Assembly: GCA_013265495.1 (NCBI GenBank)
Contig: MU058059.1
Span: forward strand, 434,001 to 498,000
Direction of reading: 5' to 3'
Length of the DNA: 64,000 nt
Source of the DNA: Vicugna vicugna
Lineage: Eukaryota
A model generated the notes under the pieces. The model ran no database searches, was not told the origin of the DNA, and saw nothing but the letters and a program-made list of their open reading frames with translations. Each line of letters opens with the position of its first letter. The stretch's first letter is position 1. A program made the position numbers and the translations under genes. Shown here one piece after another: positions 1-13,215 of the stretch.

Positions 1-370
1 TTTATGAGTGAATAAGGCTGTTTAACAGATCATTCATCAATACGTTACTCTAATTTAGGGTGTGCTTTTATTTTTAAGATGTAGTGACTTCCTAAGACAT
101 ACAATTCTTAACAGAGAATCGGGCATACAGCACGGTATCAATTAATGGTGTATGTAGTCAGACATGTGTTATGTCTGCCATATATATTTTTTAGAAATAT
201 CAGTGCATACCTAATACTAATTTAAATTCAACAAATATTGATAAATTCTTACCATGAGTTCAGAACCATGGGACATATAAAATCATATTGGGAGACAAGG
301 CACATTCACGTGAAGCAAGCAGTGAAAAAAAGAACAACCTAGGTTTAAGCATTTTAAACACATGGAGTGG

Positions 371-738
371 TGTTAAAAACAAGACAATATGGAGTCGTTT
401 ATGCTAAGCCCCGTGTCACCGAGCTGAGGCTGTAATTATACAGTTTCTGGCTCTCCCAGGATTGCAGTCTTTAACCAGTCAATCAGGACTTGCCTGGTAA
501 CCGCTAGTTAGGTAATCGTCCTGACAGACCCCTGCCATCTACTAAAGGAAAGGAACCCTGCGGTAACCAGCCCCATTTTTGCCTAGTTGAACTTCTGTAG
601 TCCTGCTCCCTTCACTTTGTACAGCTCCTTGGAGCTCCCATTCCTTCTGCTGGTTGGGATGCTACCCGATTCATAAAGTGTTGAATTTGAAAGCCAGTAA
701 GATCTTTACAATTCACTCAGATGACTTGTTTTTTAACA
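371..738 (+). mobile_element. Solo LTR, ERV1 class (MER34-like)
   Basis: TGTTAAAA...TTTTAACA termini, with near-TSD GTGG/GTAG. The 3' part (ggatgctacccgattcat...gccagtaagatcttt...ttcactcag) is clearly homologous to the LTR at 62000-62461. Confidence 0.8.
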
Positions 739-752
739 GTAGGCAACATTCG

Positions 753-1567
753 GTGTGAATTCCTGCACGTTTCCATTTGTCCCTAAGATTCTGCAGCCAA
801 TTCTAATGTGCGTGGGGTTGTCCCCCCACGTCAGGCAATTCTCCAGCACCTGCTGGGGGTCCCACAACTCAAGGCAACTCTAACACTCTCCGCCCAGAGG
901 CAGCATCAGGTACCACAGGTTAAGGGCTCAGTCCCGCCAGACTCCCCTGCCCCCTGCTTCAGAGGATCCCAAGTCCAGGCTGTCACCTGAGCTTCTGACC
1001 AACAGGGTCTAAGTTGGAGGTTCCCTCAACCCCCTCTTTGGGTTCGATTACGTTGCTAGAGCAGCTCACAGAACTCAGGTAAGTATTTTACTTACTAGAT
1101 TACCTATGACAATGGTTAGAACTCAGAAACAGCCAGATGGGAGGGGGGACAAGGAAGGTACAGGACAAAGCGAGAAGCTTCCGTGCCCTCTCTGAGCACA
1201 CCGCCCTCCCGGCACCTCCCCGTGCTCACTATCCCGGAAGTTCTCTGAACCCCGTCCTTTGGACTTTTATGTGGGTCTCATTATGTAGAAATGATTGACT
1301 GAATCACTGGCCACTGGTGACTGAACTTCACCTCCAGCTCCACTCCCCTCCGAAGGAAGTCAGGGGATGGGACTCAAAGTTCCAACCCTCTAATCACAGG
1401 CTGGCTCCCCTGCCAACCAGCCCCCATCCTTAGGTGTGCTCCAAAAGTACCTCATTAACGTAACAAAAGACACCATTACTGATCTCTGCACTTGGGAAAT
1501 TCCAAAGGTTTCAGGAGTTCTGTATCAGAAAGGGGTCGGAGACCAAATATACACTTCTTTTATCACA
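753..1567 (-). mobile_element. MER21-like LTR
   Basis: Motifs acaggttaagggctcagtccc, ttgctagagcagctcacagaactcagg, aaagttccaaccctctaatcac, and terminal gaccaaatata...tatcaca. Left boundary approximate. Confidence 0.8.
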
Positions 1568-2724
1568 GTTCCCTCTGCTTTTCTGCAGGAATATAGAAGG
1601 AAAAAAGACTTAAAAAGCAATTTGTTTCATTATCAGAAAAATGACTTCTCAATTTTCCCAATTACCTTACAAGTTGAAGTTAAACTTAGTGAAAGGGGAA
1701 ACTGCATGTCCGTGTAGTAGATATTCTGTGGATGTACTAACCTGAAACTACACATGCCTGGCCCCTCTCCAGCCTAGACAAATTGTTTACCAACTCTGAG
1801 TCAAGCAGGCTGAAATGTCCATTAACTTAATAGCTATGATAGAAAATGTTTTAGAACTGATGGACGATGAGTATGAGATGGAAGGTAAAAGCATTATTGC
1901 TGCTACTAAGAGATAACTACAGAAACCACTTCACAAACACTAGAAATTGGTAAATGGAGAACCACTGTGAACCCTTTGCTTTCATCTGTGTCACTTCAAT
2001 CAATTTTCTACGTGTCCATGAGGCCAAGGATGAAGTCACTGAATCTCAAAATGTGGAAGAATTTTTATAGTTTAGCCAGACTCTTCCACATCAAATGTGA
2101 CCTATTTTAAAGACCTTTAGGGGAGGTGATTTCAAAACATCTTTTTGATAACTGAATTCAACGACAAACTGTTAAAAAGAAAGGACGTATTTCTTTTTTA
2201 TAAAACTACTTCCTTAGCACTTCTCCACTGCAAATGAATAGAATCTTCTACTACCAACATGAAATTATGAAATTTACAAGAGTGACAAATCACAGCTGCC
2301 AGCTTTGAAGCATCAACTCATACGAAATCTTCAACGGGTTCCCTAGTCCTAAAAGTCACACCTGACCGTTCTTGGCCGTCCGTGTGTATGGGGCCCAGGG
2401 GTGCCCAGGTCCCATGGGTATGTTGGCATCCCAGTGCCTTCTGTAGACAGGGCTTTGACATTGACGCTCTCAGGGCTACAGCAGATTGCTACTCAGGATG
2501 CGTCATAACCAGGCTGTACTGACACACTAAGCTGTGCACAGAAGGGGAAAGGCAGGGCGTGGGGAATACAGGGTGCTCGCAGAACAGGAGCTTCAGCTAC
2601 AGACACCTTGAAGGTTTCCTTTCTATCCCCCCCTTTCCAACAACTGGCTCTTTTGAGGCCCTGCCTGTCTCCCACAGTTCTCTCAAAAAGCAAAGAAGGT
2701 AATAAATATTATTTGTTATTTTGT

Positions 2725-2845
2725 TTTTTCAATTGAGGTGTAACTGACATAGAATATTAAATTAGCTTCAGGTGTACAACATAATGGTTCAGTATTTGTA
2801 TTTATTGCAAAACGATCACCACAAGAAGCTTAGTTATCCATCACT
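2725..2845 (-). mobile_element. Old L1 (L1MA/MB-type) 3' terminal fragment
   Basis: ttcaattgaggtgtaactgacatag...ttcaggtgtacaacataatg matches the reverse complement of an L1 3' end. Confidence 0.7.
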
Positions 2846-3236
2846 GTATTGTTTGTTGTTTTGAAAATGACTGTTTTAAACAAATGTATGGGATTATTAT
2901 GATTTTAGTTCCTAACATTAATCATACAGATCGAAGTTTGTTTCTGATGAACCTATTTTGTTTATCAATGTAAAAATAATTTCCTCACACTCAGTCAATT
3001 CAGTAAAAAATTTAGAGAATAGAGTTGCAAGTTCAACTCTGACCTCTTACTCATTGTAATGTCCTAAAAGAGTTTTAAACTTAATATCTATTTTCACGTT
3101 GGATAACACAAAGTTATTGATTTCCGTTTATGTATTTATTGGCCACAGAGTAGCAGACCTCAGCTAGTGCTACCCAGCACAATAAATCTCCCTGCCCTGG
3201 AAAAGCTATCTTCAGCCGCGTGCTGTCCGGCTAAGC

Positions 3237-3270
3237 CTGCCATTCCTGTCGGTACCGCCAGGGGGCCCTG
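3237..3270 (+). promoter_or_regulatory. Candidate CTCF site (core plus upstream module)
   Basis: Core GTACCGCCAGGGGGCCCTG at 3252-3270. CTGCCATTCC lies 5 bp upstream, in a locally CpG-rich patch. Confidence 0.55.
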
Positions 3271-4111
3271 GACACACTGCTCTTCCGTGTCTGGGCTCCT
3301 CCGCGTGGTGCTTAAACTGCCCAGCGTGCTCACTGAGACGTGGGCTCCTGGCCCATCCCCTGGGTGGTCTCAGGGTTATACTCTTCTAATGAGACCTCCA
3401 GGTGCTACTCATGCACACAATGATTCTGTTTCACTGTTTCTTGGTCCCTAAATTCTCAGTGGCTGACAAACCAGTAAGTGTAATTCTTCTAAATTTTATA
3501 CAAGGAAAACTCAAGGGGAAAAAATAAACTTCATTATGCCAAACATAATGATTAGCACATTTATTTTAGATCTTTTTTTACCAGCAGTTGTGGCTGTGTT
3601 GTTCTATCCAGGATAGGCAGCATTATTTTTACAAAAAGAAATCATTTTAGAAGAATGCAAACATGAGGTATGAAGATTCAAACTTCTTTCATACTTTCAT
3701 CCACCCAAAGCCTGTGAACGTCAACTAAGACATGACAGTGCCTATTTTAGACTGTTGTATGGCCATCTCTAACAGGCATTGGTTTGGCTCAAACTACAGC
3801 AGAAATAAATGGCTATAAGTTTTAATCTGACCATTGACCATTTGGGAACATTAGTAACAGTGTATATAACCTGATGTCCTGCTTTTTATGTGATTTACCC
3901 AACCTGATATTATTCTAGACCTCCTGACAGGATCTAGCCTTCCAAGTAACTGAGATTTTCCCATTCTTTAACTACCCAAGAGAAGAGTTAACTTATGGTA
4001 GAATACGGGAAAAAAAGAACATCCATTGTTTTCATAAACAGTACACATTGGGAGGCGCCCTCAACGGGGGAAATCTTCAAACCTTTGAAGCCAGAGCAGA
4101 TCATTCTACAG

Positions 4112-4293
4112 CAGTGTTCTTGAAGTGTTTTTCTCAGCCAGCAGAACCAGGACCCATGGAACTTGGCAAAAATGCACTTTCAGGCCCCACCCCAGATGGA
4201 CTAAGTCAGAAACAATGCAAGTGGGCCCAGCAGTCTGTGCATGAAAACACCCTCCAGATGGTTCTTTTGCTGGCTAGAGTTTGAGAATCACTG
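4112..4293. mobile_element. MER5A-like hAT-Charlie MITE
   Basis: TIRs cagtgttcttgaag / tttgagaatcactg, internal caggccccaccccaga, 8-bp near-TSD ttctacag/ctctaaag. Confidence 0.8.
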
Positions 4294-5950
4294 CTCTAAA
4301 GCATCGTTCGTCAGCCCTGTGATGAAGTCCAGCCATGTATCCTTTCAACATCCCTACCCTAAAAGCCAATGATTTACTTCACGGCCCGAGGTCAGCGCCT
4401 CCCTGGCCCAGACCGTCTCAGGAGCACATGGCCCACGTCCACCACCAGCAGATGTGGGAGCGCAGGTCAGGAACCCCTGCCAGTCCTTTCTCTGTTTCTA
4501 ACAGCAGCAGACGACTTGTCCTTCATGACACACAGAGGGCAAAACTGGAATGTTTTTACAAGATAATCTGGGTCAGTTTGTCTCCAGCTAAGGTCCTTCT
4601 CATCAATCACCTGTTAACATCTTGTCACAAGCCTGGCCATTTAGAAGGCCCCACTGTAATGTGTGAGGAGTTGGCCACTAGTGGGGATTAAGACCATGTG
4701 ATGTTTACCTGGTCTATAAACAAAGTACTGAAGTTCTGCCAAAAAGGCCACTAATTTACGACCAACTAGAATATGCCTAGGACATACAGGTTGAATTTTT
4801 AAACTTCAGAAAATATAATGTAATTTGACCAAGATAATGGCAATTCTAATTATTGCATTCTTTCATCTTTCAAACTCAATATTATAATAATGAAGTTTAA
4901 TGCTATCCATGTTTAAAAAAAACCAACTTTGTCTTTAGCTAAAAATTCTCAAGAAAACAATTTTTTAAACAACAGGCAATACCTTACCATATGTAAGTAC
5001 CATAGAAAAATTCTGATAAAATTTCCCTCCACTGTTAAGTCTATATTCCTGCCAAATTCTAAATTACGTTTTCAGAAATGTTTCAATTATGCAAATCAAT
5101 GTTTTGTTACGTTTAAAAATAACAACCTTGTTCTCATGTTCATGAAAGCTAAACAAAAATGTACAAAAGAGGTTGAGATTGTCTGTTGGAACGGGTGCAG
5201 CCTTCCCTCCTTCCAGCCTTCCCTTCCTGCTCTCTTTTTTCTTTCCTCTTGCCAAAGTCTGGTGGAGAGCCCACAGATGATCTGTGGGATCAATTTGCTC
5301 CTCTCAGGGAAAATACTGTGCATATACACCTTAGGTTATACGATATTAATGAGAATTGAACCTCGCTTTTCTTTTTTCTCCCTGGCTCACTCCTGCTTCC
5401 CAATTAGGGGGATTCCAGTTGCATCTTCCCACACTATCTAGTCAGTCATCAACCTTTAAGCACCCTGATTCCAGTCAAAACCCATCCTCTGCTTAACTGC
5501 TTTCAGGATCGGGGCCTGTAGAGAGACCACAGATGGTCAGTCTTGGATGGGCAGGCTTCTTGCCAGGCACCAAAGTCATAAGACTCTGGAAGGAGGAAAG
5601 CGGAAGAGGTCTGGAGGTGGTGAGGAAAATGTTCTTTATCCAACGGTTGCTTGTTTCTATAAGACTATCAGTCTTCCACTACGTCCTGCTTGGAAAGAAT
5701 AAGCAATTCTCAATGCTATGCATTAAGAAATATGAGCAAGTGAAATCTATTTAAAGCCTCAGATCACACAAAAGTCAGTTCCTGCTTAGCCTGAAATACA
5801 TTATGATTTTCTTCCTATGAAGTCAGTTTCCCCTAATAATCATGTAAACGAGTTTGCTTTTAGTGAGCACACAACAATTGCTCTATGAGATAGTAGGAAA
5901 CATGGCAAGTAAAAGGAAGGAAGAACTTAGAATAAAGCTTATAAGATAAA

Positions 5951-5994
<44 letters not shown>

Positions 5995-5996
5995 AC
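5951..5996. repeat. (TA)n(CA)n compound microsatellite
   Basis: Read directly from the sequence. Confidence 0.95.
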
Positions 5997-7211
5997 TTGC
6001 CATAGGTAATACACAAGGTGGGTAACCTACAGATAGCATGAACTGACTATGACAATGTAACATACAGCTGAATAGTAGTTTACTTTCATGTATATTACTG
6101 GGAAATAGCTTTTAGGGTTAAAATAAATCTAATGATTTGGAATGGACTCTTATTTTCTTATTCTACATAATTTTGTCATGTATTTCTTTCATTCCTAATT
6201 GTTTCAAATGAAAAATATCAATATAAACACCAAATACTATTAAGTCAGATGATGCAATAACACACGGAAGACAAGAAGGGACTGGCCAATACAGCAAAGT
6301 CAAAGAAGATTCGACAGGAGAAGGAAACATGCCCACGTGGTCCACAGGGGACAATTATGTAGGGTATCCATCGTATGATTCAGGAAAAAACTTTTCTCCA
6401 TGCCTTCCTATGATCTTGAAATAAAAGCTAAAAATAGAAACAACTATATTCTATCAGTTCTTTGAGCAAATTGTTGAGACAGAGAATAACCACAGTGGAG
6501 AATGGTACCCTCACGGTCTAGAGAAAGAACAAGGATATTAGGGATTTACTTAAGATGAAGTGCAGTCAGCACCACCCAACTGGAAAACATTCACGCGCAT
6601 CAGTGGAATTTCAACACTTGGCGCAGGTAGTGGTTGAAAAAGAAAGAAGTTTCCACAGGATTATTCGCTATAATTTGAAAGAGGATTTATATCAGTACCT
6701 AGGACAGCGCTGTAGCCAAGCGGCAGTGCTAAAGCCACAACTGTTCCCCCGATGGGCTCCGAGTCACAGGGCCACACCTGGCCTATCTCCCACTGGCCGA
6801 CACCATCTATGGTGAATTTAGCAGCACGTATTAGCTCATTTCCTCTGGATACTTCCTGTAGTCTGGACAAGCATGGAAACACTCACCATTAACTGTGAAG
6901 GGAAGGGAGAAAGTAATAGTTCCTAAGGCCAGCACCGCACCAGGCACTACTCAAAAAACAATAAAATAAATATTTTCAGAATGCCAACTTTCTGTTTCAG
7001 AAAATTCGTTGCCGTCTGAGAATTCAAAAACGCAACCCTGGATACAGACGGTGGGGGGAGGGGTAACGGCTCCCTATCCTCCCCGATGGTTGACCTTGCC
7101 CATGGCCACAGCTAACACAAAGGGGCTTTTTCACTGTTTCTCACCAGACTGGTTTGTGTGTTTAGAACACTTTTCCCCAGGACAGAGACTGGGTCCAGCG
7201 ACTTCACTTAC

Positions 7212-7254
7212 AGCACCAGAGTCGATGGCGTCCCTCACAGGGAACCAGAACAGC
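7212..7254 (-). other. Candidate 43-nt internal exon (probably 5' UTR) of the minus-strand gene
   Basis: Minus strand reads cagtcttttctttcag|GCTGTTCTGG...CTCTGGTGCT|gtaagt. Non-repetitive context. Confidence 0.45.
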
Positions 7255-7840
7255 CTGAAAGAAAAGACTGGCCTCCAAAGAAGGTGCCAGAGCATTGGGA
7301 AAATGAGAGCAACGCCATCCTGAGGTGTCCTCTACGAAGGGCACCATCCTGCAGCCGGAGGGAGCAGAAACTTGAGCAAAAATGCACCTGCTCTCAGGCA
7401 GCAGGAAGAGGAGCAAAGATAGTCTCAGTAAGAGCGTGTGAACAGGAGCAAAGATCGGGCTGCAAGTGTTCAGCTCTGAGAGAGTTAATGAGAGAGAAGT
7501 CAGACACACTAGGGGGGCCACCATTCAGCAGGATGTTGAGGTGGGACTGGACACCTCCTGGGATGGGCCCACAGAGCATACATGGAGCCCTGGGACACTG
7601 CACCTCTGACAGCGGGGTCTGGTGCGGTCGTCCCAGCGGCTGCTGTGCACACCATTTCACCTGAAAACCACTCTGTGAGGTGGGAGAGCACCTGTCAGCC
7701 CTTAGAGCTGACGACACCGAGCGTAACGGTGGTTCAGCGGATGTCCAAGGTCAAACTGCCAGGAAGTAGCAGGTATCTTTTCACCAGGTGGGAAGAGAAG
7801 CAGTGGTAAGCAGATGTCCTTTTTGCAAATTCAAGCACAC

Positions 7841-8563
7841 ATGGAGATTCCTCAAAAAAACTAAAAATAGACTTACCCTTTGATCCAGCAACCCCATTCC
7901 TGGGCATATATCCAGAGGGAACTCTAATTCGAAAAGATACAAGCACCCAGTGTTCACAGAGGCACTATTTACAACAGCCAAGACATGGAAACGACCTAAA
8001 TGTCCACCAACAGATGACTGGGTAAAGAACTTTGTAGTATATATACACAAGTTATAGTATATATATATATACATACACACACACACACATACACAATGGA
8101 ATACTGCTCAGCCATAAAACAGAATAAAATAATGCCATCTGCAGTGACATGGATGGACCTGGAGATCAGCATTCTAAGTGTAGTAAGCCAGAAACAGAAA
8201 AAAATACTGCATGATATCACTTACATGTGGAATCTTAAAAAAAAAAAAGACACAAATGAACTTATTTACAAAACAGAAACAGACTCACAAACATAGAAAA
8301 CAAACATGGTTACTGGGGGGAGGGAGGTGAGAAGGGATATATTGGGAGTTCGAGATTTGCAGACACTAACTATTATATATAAACTAGATAAACAGCAAGG
8401 TCCTACTGTAGAGCACAGGGAACTGTACTCATTACCTTGTAATAACCTATAATGAAAAAGAACATGAAAAGGAACATATGTATGCATGTGAATGACTGAA
8501 ACATCCTGTACATCGGAAATTGACACAACATTGTAAACTGACTATACTTCAATTAAAAAAAAA
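7841..8563 (+). mobile_element. 5'-truncated lineage-specific L1 (ORF2 end, 3' UTR and A tail) with an internal (TA)n(CA)n expansion
   Basis: atggagattcctcaaaaaaactaaaaatagac, gatccagcaaccccattcctgggcatatatcc, caatggaatactgctcagccataaaa, gtaaactgactatacttcaattaaaaaaaaa. Confidence 0.95.
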
Positions 8564-10199
8564 GACAATGGACAACAAAAACAAACAAACAAAAGAAAAT
8601 TAGCATGGCTATGGGCTGGGAGTGGCTGTGGGGAACTTGATGGGAACAAGAGGTCGGTGATAAGGCTACTGCAACAGTCTGAGTCAGAGAGGATGGCAGG
8701 TGCCCCCAATAAGGGCACTCAGTGGAGAGAGGAGCCAACAGACTCGATACACGAAGAAACCTTATAATAACTACAACTACATAAAATGAATGGCCTTATG
8801 GGAAGATGCAAATGGAGGTAATTTGGTCAAAAGCTAGATAAATATATTTCTACATTGTTGACTTTGGTGATTGGAAGAGAAAGCAATTTATGTGGTTTCT
8901 TCCAGCTCAAAAGAAAGTTGATGATTTTATGATCATCTGGATCTTCACTTTTAAAATCATGCTCCCCTGTCACATTAAATTAGTTTGTGTGAGGCGCTGA
9001 ACCAAGAAATCCATTTACTTAATGTAAGAAGGTGGCTTATTCCATGTACTTCTAGCCACAAAACAATAACCGTTAAGTTTAATCCCACTTTAGCAATACA
9101 AATTTTACCAAGCAGAAAAAGTAATGGGCAAAACACAATTGAATTCAAAGGGGGAAAAAAGTAACATTTGCAGTGAGAAATAAGAAAATCGGGGGTGGGA
9201 GGATTTTTAATCCTGAAGAAAATGGACAAGTCTTCCATAAACCATCTCAAACAATTATTTGGCTATTCAAATTTTTCCCTTAAAAGAGAAGGAGATCTTG
9301 TCTTTACACATGTAAATTAAGTAAGTTCTAGCCGGATGAAAACTAGGTAAGAAAGAGAGAGGCTGTGGACGTGAACCTTCTGAATGTGCAGAAGACATCT
9401 AGTGCTGTTCCTTGTTACCTCACGGGCAGAGCTGCGGCAACAGCGTGTAGTCAAAAGAAGGGAGTCTGGGATTAGGCTGGGCTGGGCTTCTTAGCATCTC
9501 TCCAAGCCTGGGCAAATCACTTCACTCAATCGTGTATCTGAAAGTTCCCAACAGCTACTCAACAGACATCTGTTGTGTAACTATCCCACATTGCTCGGGG
9601 TATGGAAATGGACATGACACAAATTTTGACCCGAAAAACTTACAATTCTGTAAAGGCATACAAACCTGTAATCAAGTTATGGCCTTCAAGCGTTAGAGAT
9701 GTTATAATAACTACTTTGGGGGTGGCAGAGGAAACAAGAAGAAAAGAACAGTCAACTTCACTGAGGGGAGGAAGGGAGGAGACTCAGGGAAGGCTCAAAG
9801 AAAAGGCCACCTTTGGTGTAAGGCTGGACAAAAGGGCCGATATTTACCAGGTGTGCATTCTTGGTAGCAGTTATAGTGGTGTGTGTATTTGCATGTGTGG
9901 GGGCAGAGTGCTGTGCCAGGCAGAGAACAGACCATGAAAAAGCACACAACTAGAACAGTAAGCAGTCCCCATTGGCCGATACATCCAATTTGAGAGCCAA
10001 ATTGGAAGAAAACCTGCGGGGTTAGAAAGGTCTTAAAAGTATAAGGCTAAAGCATAAAGCATAAGCTATAAAAAAAGAAATTTGTCTAAATTCTAGTAGG
10101 ATTTGAAAAGCAAAGGCAAGATACAAACATGACATTGACATATAGGATATGACACACAGGCCATACTGGCATATGGGATAGCAAAGGGTTTACAGTTGG

Positions 10200-10750
10200 A
10201 GGTAATTGATAAGAGATGAACAAACCGATTAGAAATGAATGAAAGACAATTTGCAAAACAAATGTCTACTAAAATGTCCAATAAAAATATACCAAACTAT
10301 TCAGTCTCACTACCAGACAAGGAATACAATTTAAAGCAATAACATACATTATTCATGTATCAGACTGGCAAAGGTGATACATTGTAAATATCATGTCAGT
10401 GAAGTGTAGAAAAACTGTTTCTCCAGAGGCAGTGGTAAGACATTACCAAATAATATTTCTGGAGATAATGTGACAATGTCTTTAGCCTAACCTAGCAATT
10501 CCTTCTAGAATTTAAGCTTAATCAACAAATCAAACTATAATAAAAAGCCATAATTTATATATACATATAAAATTAGTATTATTTACAAGAACCAAAAAAA
10601 AATCCAAATGTTCAGCAATAAATTACTTAAATTAATTATGATATATCTAAACCATGGCATATATAAATAAAACGATGCAGGGTTTTTATTTTTATGATAA
10701 GGAAAATAACCATAATAAAATAGGAGCTGCGAAAAGACAGTTACTGAGTA
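10200..10750 (+). mobile_element. Degenerate old L1 (L1ME-like) fragment
   Basis: Decayed ORF2-end motifs tatcagactggcaaagg, ctagcaattcc, aatccaaatgttcagcaata. Confidence 0.55.
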
Positions 10751-11379
10751 TTTCAGTATTTATGAAAAAAAATGCTTAAAAAAAAGATGACATCTTAGAC
10801 TGTGGTTAAATTTTGTTTCTTTCCAAAGTCCAAAGTTTGTGACTTTCCAAAGTCAAAATCTTTAGGAAATTCACGTTTGGAAGGTAGTCAACAACAGCGT
10901 GATATTCATGAATTTGGGCACCTCACAGACACACGTCAAGTTGAGAAATAGTAACCTTTTGTTGGTCTTTCTATCTCTATCAAGGATTACACTAATCTAG
11001 AAAAAAATAACTACAGATTTATCTCCTTTTGAAGAGGCCAAGAGATATCAAATTAACATTGTTGAAAAGAAAACAAATCCTCCAATTATATATGCTAAAG
11101 CTTTAAGCAGATAAAAATTAAACTGGGAGAAAAATTCAACAAATCTGGCTAGATTTTCAATATGACTATGTCAAACAATCAAATAAAATTAACTTTTTTA
11201 AAGTTAATGAATTCCAAATATTTCTAAATACCGTATCATTCTAATTGAGAATTATCAGAAATACACATAAATGCATATGTAAGGTGTCACATTTCTAAAA
11301 CTTAAAATGAAGTATAAAACTATATAAAATGAAACCCTCATACTTTGCTGATGCAACTATAAGTTGGTTAAAACATTTT

Positions 11380-11882
11380 GTAAAAAAGTTGTGAGATACA
11401 TATATATATTAGAATACTCAGCAATAAAAAATAGAAAGATGCCATTTGCAGAAACATAGATGAAACTGGAGATTGTCATTCTGAGTGAAGTAAGCTAGAA
11501 AGAGAAAGAAAAATACCATATGATATCACTCATAAGTGAAATCTAAAAAAAAAAAAAAGACACATATGAACTTATTTACAAAACAGAAACAGACTCACAG
11601 ACATAGAGAACAAACTTACTGTTACCAGGGGGAAGGTGGGGAGGAAGGGACAAATTGGGAGCTCGAGATCTGCAGATACTAACTACTATATATGAAATAG
11701 ATAAACAAATTTTTACTATATAGCACAGGGAGCTATATTCAATATCTTATAGTAACCCATAATGAAACAGAATATGAAAAGGAAGATATGTATGACTGAA
11801 ACATTATGCTGTACACCAGAAACTGGCACAACACTGTAAACTGACCATACTTCAATAAAAAAATAAAAATTTAAAAATTTAA
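11380..11882 (+). mobile_element. Lineage-specific L1 3' end nested in an older L1ME-like element (~11330-12175)
   Basis: Homologous to 8090-8563. TSD aaaacatttt at 11370-11379 and 11883-11892. The flanks rejoin as old L1 (accctcatactttgctg...tgtgatccagcaatt). Confidence 0.9.
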
Positions 11883-12507
11883 AAAACATTTTAGAAAGCT
11901 GTTATTTGCTAAAGCTGGAATTACATTTATGCTGTGATCCAGCAATTTTGCTCTCAGGTATTTAATCCTCCTGAGATTATATCACACACACACGTGTGCG
12001 CACACACACACACACACACATATAAACATTTACACACATATGCATCAAAAATGTTCACAGAGATAGAACCAATCAATATGTTTCACTGTAGTCACACAAT
12101 GAGAACAAATTATCAATAGGTTCACTCAACAACATGGATCAATTTCACCATTACCATCAGCAAAAGAAACTGCAGTGGACGGTATGGTGCACCACGGAGA
12201 ATTCCTCCTTTAGCACGAAGCATGGCCTCCAGGAGTGCTGACTGTTGAAAGCTCATGCCTGAGTTCCTCTGCCCAAGGGAAGGACCTCATCCCATGAGTG
12301 GCTGTGATGTGAGCCCGGCAACCATTGCTTTAATTCATCAAGCTGGAAACTGTGTTTACTGGATTCTATTTATATATTCTATACTTCAAGAAAATATTTT
12401 TTAGAAACCTGTATTTTACAATCCTTCTTGGCAACTCAGAAAGGATTTTGCTTTTGAGGCGCCACAAGGTCATCAATACAAGTATGAATTATCATCCTTC
12501 ATCCTTA

Positions 12508-12730
12508 CGCTCTGAATCTGACAGTCTGTGTTCAATGCCAGACTTAGATATTTACTAACCATGTGACGCTGGTCAGATTTTCAACTCTGTGGACCTTGTG
12601 TCTTCAGTCTTTAACATGAATAAAAACAGTACCAAATGGAACTTTTGTGATTACTAAATAAAATAATTCATGTAAAGAACATAGGACAATGCTAAGAGAG
12701 AATACAGAAAACATTCAATAACATTTATTA
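12508..12730 (+). mobile_element. MIR SINE
   Basis: gctctgaatctgacag...atttactaaccatgtgac...aataattcatgtaaagaac. Confidence 0.7.
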
Positions 12731-13019
12731 TGGTTCCTTTTTATGAAGAGATTAAAGTAAATTTAAACTATTTCTAGGACACCATCCAGAAATTGCTTTT
12801 CAAAATAAGATATGAGATAGTTCATTTTGTTCTACTCATAAAAAGTAAATAGAGTTACTGATTGTTTAGATTTGGAGTACGTGAAAGAGCTACGTTTATG
12901 TGATGCTTAGTATATAATCAGTGTTACTAGGACAAATGTTTACTCTGTTACAAGAATCGCAGTAAGTAATGTAGAGAGTTTATTCCCTCTTAGCAAAGTG
13001 AGTCTCTGGCATCTTCATA

Positions 13020-13215
13020 TTGTCAAGTGAACATGGGCTATAAAATTTGATAGTCTCAGATGAATTCTGACTTTGCCAATTACTAGCTGCATCAGTTTGT
13101 ACAGGTTGGTTCTCTTCTGAATCTGTAGTTCTTCGTCTCTAAAGAAAAGATGATGCTCACTCTGCAGGGTTTTCTGTGATATTGTATAAAACAACATTGT
13201 GCTTAAAACACTGGG
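13020..13215 (+). mobile_element. MIR SINE
   Basis: gaattctgactttgccaattactagctg...tctgaatctgtagttcttcgtctctaaa core. Confidence 0.65.

Noticed and set aside
4929..5441. 170-aa ORF and a possible minus-strand exon ending at ~4988
   Set aside because: Non-ATG start and no recognisable protein. The donor has only a weak acceptor upstream.
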